From an uncultured virus (IMG/VR IMGVR_UViG_3300046030_000041) (Duplodnaviria; Heunggongvirae; Uroviricota; Caudoviricetes): a DNA stretch of 24,275 nucleotides. Below the pieces are notes generated by a model, which saw only the letters and a list, made by a program, of their open reading frames with translations, ran no database searches and was not told the origin of the DNA. The translations under genes and the position numbers were made by a program. The stretch lies in the IMG/VR virus record IMGVR_UViG_3300046030_000041; one strand, 5' to 3'. Below are positions 17,922 through 24,275 of this stretch, piece by piece. Each line of letters opens with the position of its first letter. Positions within the stretch are counted from its first letter, which is position 1.

Positions 17922-20276
17922 ATGAAAACCATCAGTATCGATATTGAAACCTACAGCGATGTGAACCTGGCCAAGTGTGGGGTGTATAAGTACGCCGAGT
18001 CCCCGGATTTTGCTATCCTCCTGTTTGGCTATGCGGTGGATGGGGGAGAGGTACAAGTGGTCGATCTGGCCCGGGGGGAAACCATTCCGGAAGAGATTCT
18101 GGATGTGCTAACCGATGACTCCATCACTAAGTGGGCCTTCAATGCCAATTTCGAACGGGCGTGTCTGTCCCGGTATCTCACGGATCTGGGGAGGAGCCTG
18201 GATCCCTTCCATGACCGGCACTCGCTTTCTAAGGACTGTGCACGGTTCCTGAACCCGGCCGGCTGGAAGTGTTCCATGGTGTGGTCTGCCTATATGGGGC
18301 TGCCCCTTTCCCTGGAGGGAGTGGGAGCGGTGCTGAACCTGGACAACCAGAAAATGAAGGAAGGGCGGGACCTGATCCGTTACTTTTGCGTGCCCTGCAA
18401 GGAAACTAAGACCAACGGGGGCAGGACCCGGAACCTTCCAAGCCATGCCCCGGATAAATGGAATCTCTTCAAGAGCTACAACAAGCGGGATGTGGAAGTG
18501 GAAATGGCCATCCAGGAAAGGCTGCAAAAGTATCCTGTCCCAGACCAGGTGTGGGAGGAATACCATCAGGACCAGGAAATCAACGACCGGGGAATCGCTA
18601 TTGATCTGGAGCTGGCCCGGCAGGCGGTGGCCATGGATGCCAAAAGCCGGGAGAGCCTGATGACCGCTCTAAAGGAAAAGACCGGACTGGAGAATCCCAA
18701 CTCCGTCCTCCAGATGCTGGGCTGGCTGGAAGCCCGTGGTCTAAAGTCGGACTCCCTGGGGAAAAAGGAGGTGAAAGAATTATTGAAAACTGCCCAGGAG
18801 CCTCTCCGCAGTGTGCTGCAGCTCCGGCAGAAGCTGGCCAAGTCCTCGGTGAAGAAGTACCAGGCCATGGAAATGACTGCCTGTCAGGATGGCCGGGCCC
18901 GGGGCATGTTCCAGTTCTATGGGGCGAACCGTACTGGACGGTTTGCGGGGCGGCACATACAATTGCAAAATCTTCCTCAGAACCATCTGCCGGACCTTTC
19001 AGAAGCCCGGGATCTGGTGCGGCAAGGAAACTACGAGGCCCTGGAGCTGCTCTACGATTCTGTGCCGGATGTGCTGTCCCAGCTGATTCGGACCGCCTTT
19101 GTGCCCCGTGAGGGCATGAAGTTTGTGGTCTCGGACTTCTCGGCCATTGAGGCAAGGGTCATTTCCTGGATGGCCGGGGAAAAGTGGAAAGCCGCAGCCT
19201 TTGCAGCCGGGAAGGACATCTACTGCTCAACGGCCAGCCAGATGTTTGGAGTGCCCGTGGTGAAACACGGAGTGAACGGGGAGTTGCGCCAGAAGGGGAA
19301 AATCGCGGAACTGGCCTGTATCGCGGAAGGGCAGCTTGTCCTTACAGATCATGGCCTCATTCCCATTGAAAATATGACCACGGAAGACCGGGTTTGGGAT
19401 GGAGAGAACTGGGTCCACCATGATGGGGTGGTCTACAGAGGCGAAAGAGAGGTGATGCGGTATGCAGGTCTCCTGGCTACCCCGGATCACCCGGTTTATG
19501 TAGAGGAAAAGAAGGAACCCGTCCTGTTTCGGACAGCGGCGGAGAATGGGTACCACCTTCGAAGATTGTGCTCATCAATCGTGATACGGTATGGAGATCC
19601 GCCTGCCCGGGCCAGGGTCTACGACATCCTCAATGCCGGACCCCATCACCGTTTTACCGTATCGGACTGCCTGGTGCATAACTGCGGCTATGGCGGCTCC
19701 GTGGGTGCCTTGAAGGCCATGGGGGCCATGGATATGGGGATCCCGGAAGAGGAGTTGGGACCTCTGGTCCAATCCTGGCGGGCCGCCAATCCCCACATCG
19801 TGGATTTCTGGTGGCAGGTGGATAAGGCTGTGAAAACCGCCATCAAGCAGCGGATCCCCGTCCAGGTCAACAATCTCAGGTTCCTCTGTAAGAGCGGCAT
19901 GCTGTTCATCGAACTCCCCAGTGGGCGGCGGCTTTCCTACGTGAAGCCTCGGATCGGGGAGAATAAATTCGGTGGGGAATCCGTGACCTATGAGGGTATC
20001 GGAGCTACTAAGAAATGGGAACGATTGGAAAGCTACGGACCAAAGTTTGTGGAAAACATCGTCCAGGGAACGGCCAGGGATATCCTATGCTATGCCATGC
20101 AGACCCTGCGGCACTGTGCTATTGTAGGCCACGTCCACGATGAACTGATCATCGAGTGCCGCAAGGACGTAAGCGTGGATGCCATCTGCCAGCAGATGGG
20201 AAGGACCCCATCCTGGGCGGAAGGTCTGATCCTCCGGGCGGATGGGTATGAATGTGAGTTTTATCAGAAAGATTGA
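17922..20276 (+). CDS. Phage-type family A DNA polymerase (3'-5' exonuclease plus polymerase) containing an intein
   Basis: Start reassigned to ATG 17922 (RBS GAGGTG). ExoI IDIETYS, RTGRFAG, motif A SDFSAIEARV, motif B RQKGKIAELA/CGYGG split by an insertion, ENIVQGTARD and motif C HVHDELIIE. 784-aa precursor, 662 aa after splicing. Confidence 0.93.
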   Translation: MKTISIDIETYSDVNLAKCGVYKYAESPDFAILLFGYAVDGGEVQVVDLARGETIPEEILDVLTDDSITKWAFNANFERACLSRYLTDLGRSLDPFHDRHSLSKDCARFLNPAGWKCSMVWSAYMGLPLSLEGVGAVLNLDNQKMKEGRDLIRYFCVPCKETKTNGGRTRNLPSHAPDKWNLFKSYNKRDVEVEMAIQERLQKYPVPDQVWEEYHQDQEINDRGIAIDLELARQAVAMDAKSRESLMTALKEKTGLENPNSVLQMLGWLEARGLKSDSLGKKEVKELLKTAQEPLRSVLQLRQKLAKSSVKKYQAMEMTACQDGRARGMFQFYGANRTGRFAGRHIQLQNLPQNHLPDLSEARDLVRQGNYEALELLYDSVPDVLSQLIRTAFVPREGMKFVVSDFSAIEARVISWMAGEKWKAAAFAAGKDIYCSTASQMFGVPVVKHGVNGELRQKGKIAELACIAEGQLVLTDHGLIPIENMTTEDRVWDGENWVHHDGVVYRGEREVMRYAGLLATPDHPVYVEEKKEPVLFRTAAENGYHLRRLCSSIVIRYGDPPARARVYDILNAGPHHRFTVSDCLVHNCGYGGSVGALKAMGAMDMGIPEEELGPLVQSWRAANPHIVDFWWQVDKAVKTAIKQRIPVQVNNLRFLCKSGMLFIELPSGRRLSYVKPRIGENKFGGESVTYEGIGATKKWERLESYGPKFVENIVQGTARDILCYAMQTLRHCAIVGHVHDELIIECRKDVSVDAICQQMGRTPSWAEGLILRADGYECEFYQKD
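19317..19682 (+). mobile_element. Mini-intein (Hint domain, 122 aa, no homing endonuclease)
   Basis: Block A CIAEGQLVLT, block B ATPDHPV (TxxH), block F VYDI, block G LVHN followed by +1 Cys. Removing it restores KIAELACGYGG. Confidence 0.93.
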
Positions 20277-20278
20277 AC

Positions 20279-20328
20279 GAAACCGTCAGAAAACACCTCC
20301 TGCCGTGGCTAGTAAGCAGGAGGTGTTT
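20279..20328 (+). promoter_or_regulatory. Conserved operon-leader motif, copy 2, with RBS-sequestering hairpin
   Basis: GAAACCGTCAGAAAA (20279-20293)-N13-GGCTA (20307-20311); perfect 13-bp stem AAACACCTCCTGC/GCAGGAGGTGTTT covering the AGGAGG RBS of ATG 20333. Confidence 0.75.
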
Positions 20329-20332
20329 ATTC

Positions 20333-20740
20333 ATGAACGATATACAGAAAGCACAGATTCGGGAACTGCGGCTCCAGGGAGTCGGGTATCGGAAAATCGC
20401 CAAAGAAACAGGCATGTCGGAGAATACCGTCAAATCCTACTGCCGCAGACACCCTTTATCCCTCAAGGAGCCGGAAACAGAACAAGCCCATCACTGCCTG
20501 CAATGCGGTCAGCCCATTGAGCAGAACGGCAAACGGAAGGAGAAAAAGTTCTGCTCCGATACCTGCCGGATGGCCTGGTGGAACAGCCATCGGGACAAGG
20601 TGAACCATAGAATCGTACGAAAGATGGAATGCCCTTGCTGCCACAAGACATTCACCGTCTACGGGAATGGGCAGCGCAAATACTGCTCCCACACTTGCTA
20701 TGTAAAAGACAGGTTCGGAGGTGGCCAGGATGGACGCTAA
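20333..20740 (+). CDS. HTH DNA-binding protein with two Cys-rich zinc-finger motifs
   Basis: ATG 20333 with RBS AGGAGG; HTH GVGYRKIAKETGMSENTVKSYCRR; CLQC...FCSDTC and CPCC...YCSHTC. Confidence 0.85.
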   Translation: MNDIQKAQIRELRLQGVGYRKIAKETGMSENTVKSYCRRHPLSLKEPETEQAHHCLQCGQPIEQNGKRKEKKFCSDTCRMAWWNSHRDKVNHRIVRKMECPCCHKTFTVYGNGQRKYCSHTCYVKDRFGGGQDGR

Positions 20741-20906
20741 GCAGTTGAAGCAGGAGAAGATGTACCTGGCCGCCATGCATTTCATCAGAGGAATGCTCCA
20801 GGAGGGCCTGATTACAAAAGCTGAATACGGAAAAGCTGAGCGGCAGATTCGGAATAAATATTCTCCTGTGATCGGCCCATTATTAGCAGATATCGACTTG
20901 CTATAA
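20730..20906 (+). CDS. Small SHOCT-like protein upstream of the recombinases
   Basis: ATG 20730 with RBS GGAGGT; MLQEGLITKAEY matches the SHOCT pattern GxITxxEY; 58 aa. Confidence 0.7.
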   Translation: MDAKQLKQEKMYLAAMHFIRGMLQEGLITKAEYGKAERQIRNKYSPVIGPLLADIDLL

Positions 20907-20949
20907 ATCCGGTTCAGAGTGAGTAATAGTAGCAAAAGGAGTTGATACA

Positions 20950-22713
20950 ATGAAGAAAATCACGCGGGTCAGTCGGCCCATGCCGACCATCACGCGGAGA
21001 AAAAAAGTGGCAGCCTATGCCCGGGTCTCCGTGGAGTCGGAACGGATGAACCATTCCCTATCGGCTCAGATCAGCTACTATAACGGCCTGATCCAGAGAA
21101 ACCCGGAATGGGAATTTGCCGGTGTCTATGCAGACGACGGCATCAGCGGAACAACCATCGACAAGCGAAAAGGATTCAAGCAGATGCTGGCAGACTGTGA
21201 AGCAGGAAAGATTGACATTATCCTTACAAAGTCCATCCAGCGCTTTGCCAGGAACACGGTAGACCTTTTAACGACAGTGCGGCATTTGAAAGACCTGGGT
21301 ATAGAAGTGCGGTTCGAGAAAGAGCATATCCGCTCCCTTACGGGTGACGGCGAACTGATGCTTTCCATCCTGGCATCCTTTGCCCAGGAAGAGAGCCGTT
21401 CCATCAGCGAAAATGTCAAATGGGCAACCCGGAAGCGGTTTGCAAAAGGGATTCCCAATGGACGATTCCGAATTTACGGTTACCGCTGGAACGATGACCA
21501 ACTTGTTGTTGAACCGAAAGAAGCAGCCATCGTAAGGCTCATTTATGATAACTTTTTGAAGGGCCTATCAGCCGAGAGTACGGAAAAGCAGCTGGAAGAA
21601 ATGGGAATCAAATCCTTTAATGGGAAACATTTCGGGAATTCGGCCGTCCGGAGAATTTTAGAGAATATTACTTACACCGGTAATCTATTGTTCCAGAAAG
21701 CCTATTTGGCAGACCCCATCACCGGAAAAACCAAAATCAATCATGGAGAACTCCCACAATATTTTGTGGAAAATACACATGAGGCCATTATCCCCATGGA
21801 AACCTATAAAAAGGTACAGGAAGAAAGGGAAAGACGGCGGGAACTGGGGGCTTTAGCAAACTGGTCCATCGATACCTGCTGTTTTACCACCAAAATCAGG
21901 TGTGGAATCTGCGGGAAGAGTTTTGTGCATATTCGCAGTAAACGGAAAAATAAGGATTGCTGGACCTGTATTTCCCATAAAGAGAGAGGAAGAACCTGCC
22001 GTTCTAAGGGAGCTATCCCACAGAAAGTCCTTATTAAAGAATGCACAGAAGTTCTGGGGCTTTCCAAATTTGATGAAAAAATCTTTCTGAATCATGTGGA
22101 TAAAATTGTAGTCACTGAGCCACATGTTATGGTGTTTCATATGAAAAATGGAGAGCAGATTACACGGCAATGGGTTTCTACTGCCCGGAAGGACGCATGG
22201 ACTAGTGAACGCCGGAAGGAATGGGGAGAAAGACATAAGCTAAAAAGCACAAATCCCAATCGAAAGATATTCAATGAGTTCACGGGGTTTATCAAATGCG
22301 GGAAATGTGGGGAAAATTACAGGAGCCAACAAACTACATATTCTGATGGAAAAAAGGAACGGTACTGGCGGTGTGCTGGTATATGTGGTAATGAAGCCAT
22401 CAAAGACAGTACTATGAAAAAGCTAACTGCTTCTGTGCTGGGACTGGACACTTTCAATGAGGAAAAAATGGATGAATCCCTTGAAAAAGCAGTTGTCCTG
22501 AATGGAGAGATAACATTCCATTTTAAAGATGGCCATATGGAAACCAGGCAATATAGAGAAAGAAAACGGGGAACCCGTCATAGCGAAGCGTATCGGGCTT
22601 ATATGCATGAAATCATGCAATATGCAAAACGCAAGGACCCAGAGGCTAAAAAAATAATGCTTGCGCTGAAAGAAGAATGGAAGAGAGAGGATAATCGATG
22701 GAAAAAACAGTAA
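20950..22713 (+). CDS. Large serine recombinase 1
   Basis: Catalytic AYARVS, YADDGISG, TKSIQRFARN, AQEESRSISEN, recombinase domain, and two CxxC zinc-ribbon units. Confidence 0.95.
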   Translation: MKKITRVSRPMPTITRRKKVAAYARVSVESERMNHSLSAQISYYNGLIQRNPEWEFAGVYADDGISGTTIDKRKGFKQMLADCEAGKIDIILTKSIQRFARNTVDLLTTVRHLKDLGIEVRFEKEHIRSLTGDGELMLSILASFAQEESRSISENVKWATRKRFAKGIPNGRFRIYGYRWNDDQLVVEPKEAAIVRLIYDNFLKGLSAESTEKQLEEMGIKSFNGKHFGNSAVRRILENITYTGNLLFQKAYLADPITGKTKINHGELPQYFVENTHEAIIPMETYKKVQEERERRRELGALANWSIDTCCFTTKIRCGICGKSFVHIRSKRKNKDCWTCISHKERGRTCRSKGAIPQKVLIKECTEVLGLSKFDEKIFLNHVDKIVVTEPHVMVFHMKNGEQITRQWVSTARKDAWTSERRKEWGERHKLKSTNPNRKIFNEFTGFIKCGKCGENYRSQQTTYSDGKKERYWRCAGICGNEAIKDSTMKKLTASVLGLDTFNEEKMDESLEKAVVLNGEITFHFKDGHMETRQYRERKRGTRHSEAYRAYMHEIMQYAKRKDPEAKKIMLALKEEWKREDNRWKKQ

Positions 22714-24275
22714 GAGCGATTCCGGCAACAATCAGCCGTTATACATCATCTCCGATAAATAGTCGGAAGAAAAGGAAAGTAGCAGGGTACGCACGGGTTT
22801 CAACAGACCACGATGATCAGATTACCAGCTATGAAGCCCAGGTCGATTATTATACAAACTATATCAAAGGGCGGGATGACTGGGAATTTGTAGGTATCTA
22901 TACGGATGAAGGAATCTCTGGTACAAATACCCGCCATCGTGATGGATTCAAGCGAATGGTCAATGATGCTCTGGAAGGAAAAATTGACCTGATCATTACA
23001 AAGTCTGTCAGCCGCTTTGCCAGAAATACCGTCGATAGCCTTTCTACTATTCGGAAATTAAAAGAACACAAGATAGAGTGCTACTTTGAAAAGGAAAACA
23101 TCTGGACTTTTGACAGCAAGGGAGAGTTGCTCCTGACGATCATGAGTTCCCTGGCCCAAGAAGAAAGCCGGAGTATTTCAGAAAATGTCACCTGGGGTCA
23201 TCGGAAGCGGTTTGCCGATGGCAAAGTCAGCGTTGCTTACAGCCGTTTCCTCGGATACAAGAAAGGACCGAACGGTGGGCTAGTAGTTGTACCAGAAGAA
23301 GCAACAACGATCAAGCTCATCTACAGGCTTTTCCTAGAAGGCTTGGGAACAACAACTATTGCCAAGCAACTAACAAAACGAGGACTCAAAACCCCAGGAG
23401 GAAAATCCAAATGGAGTGCACGTACGGTTTACAGTATCCTTCAAAACGAAAAGTACAAGGGAGATGCACTTCTACAAAAAAGCTATACGGTTGATTTTCT
23501 TACAAAGAAAACGAAAATCAACGAAGGAGAAGTCCCCCAATACTATGTAGAGCATGACCATGAAGCCATTATTGAACCTCAGACCTTTGAAATGGTGCAA
23601 GCGGAACTGAAACGTAGAAATAAAGCACGGAAGTACTTTAGTGGTACCAGCATCTTTTCCACCAAAATCCAGTGTGCTGAATGCGGAGGATGGTACGGTG
23701 CGAAGGTCTGGCACTCCAATGACAAGTACCGCAGGATCATTTATCAGTGCAACAACAAGTTCCGCAACAAGACTGGATGCAGGACACCACATCTGACGGA
23801 AGAGGAAATCAAGATGTACTTCGTCCGGGCAATGAACAAGATGATTACAGAGAAGGATGAGATCATCCAAACCATCGAGGATGCTAGGCAGGTGATCTGT
23901 GACAACGGAGACCTTCTAGCCAAACGAGATGCCATGCAGAAGGAAATCGGCATCCTGGTGGAAATGGCCCAGAATGCTGTGGAACAGAATGCACGGGTGG
24001 CGCAGAACCAGGAAGAGTACCAAAAACAGTATGATGACATCATCAGCCGCTATGATGCAATGAAAATTGAGTACGAACAACTGTGTGAGAAGATTGAAAA
24101 CCGCCAGGATCGGAATGAGCAGCTTGGACGGTTCATTCAGGAACTGAAAGGTCGGGATAGCCTGCTCACCGAATTTGACCAGTCACTCTGGTGTTTACTG
24201 GTCGATAAAATAGTAGTAAAAAATAAAGAGGACATCACCGTGGTCTTTAAAGATGGTACGGAAATCAAGGCATAA
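22698..24275 (+). CDS. Large serine recombinase 2
   Basis: GYARVSTD, YTDEGISG, TKSVSRFARN, AQEESRSISEN, zinc ribbon CAECG with long coiled coil. Overlaps LSR1 by 16 nt; stop TAA falls at the window end. Confidence 0.95.
   Translation: MEKTVRAIPATISRYTSSPINSRKKRKVAGYARVSTDHDDQITSYEAQVDYYTNYIKGRDDWEFVGIYTDEGISGTNTRHRDGFKRMVNDALEGKIDLIITKSVSRFARNTVDSLSTIRKLKEHKIECYFEKENIWTFDSKGELLLTIMSSLAQEESRSISENVTWGHRKRFADGKVSVAYSRFLGYKKGPNGGLVVVPEEATTIKLIYRLFLEGLGTTTIAKQLTKRGLKTPGGKSKWSARTVYSILQNEKYKGDALLQKSYTVDFLTKKTKINEGEVPQYYVEHDHEAIIEPQTFEMVQAELKRRNKARKYFSGTSIFSTKIQCAECGGWYGAKVWHSNDKYRRIIYQCNNKFRNKTGCRTPHLTEEEIKMYFVRAMNKMITEKDEIIQTIEDARQVICDNGDLLAKRDAMQKEIGILVEMAQNAVEQNARVAQNQEEYQKQYDDIISRYDAMKIEYEQLCEKIENRQDRNEQLGRFIQELKGRDSLLTEFDQSLWCLLVDKIVVKNKEDITVVFKDGTEIKA

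Larger units (their letters stand above)
15377..24275 (+). mobile_element. Reduced prophage-derived integrative element (replication module plus tandem large serine recombinases)
   Basis: Gene string DUF2800-DUF2815-PolA followed by HTH/Zn, SHOCT-like and two LSR genes, as seen in Firmicutes temperate phage elements. No structural genes. Boundaries are approximate and att sites were not identified. Confidence 0.75.

Overview
Firmicutes-type accessory region (strong AGGAGG RBSs; mostly GC-rich codon usage with AT-rich patches). All credible genes are on the + strand. The left part is a defence island: a 5'-truncated Sel1-repeat gene, an AT-rich orphan with a PD-(D/E)XK-like motif, a complete four-gene type I Zorya operon (zorABCD) whose ZorD appears to lack the C-terminal Mrr nuclease, a hairpin-rich spacer, a type I R-M system (hsdMSR) and a small membrane orphan. 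The right part (~15.4-24.3 kb) is a compact phage-derived element: two small conserved ORFs, a DUF2800 Cas4-like nuclease, a DUF2815 gp2.5-like SSB, a family A DNA polymerase (Leu762 type) interrupted by a 122-aa mini-intein in motif B, an HTH/Zn-finger protein, a small SHOCT-like ORF and two tandem large serine recombinases. No primase, helicase, packaging or virion genes are present. Both operons of this element are preceded by the same motif, GAAACCGTCAGAAAA-N13-GGCTA, with GGCTA in the loop of a hairpin; in one copy the hairpin hides the downstream RBS. Family assignments come from motif recognition by eye, not from database searches.
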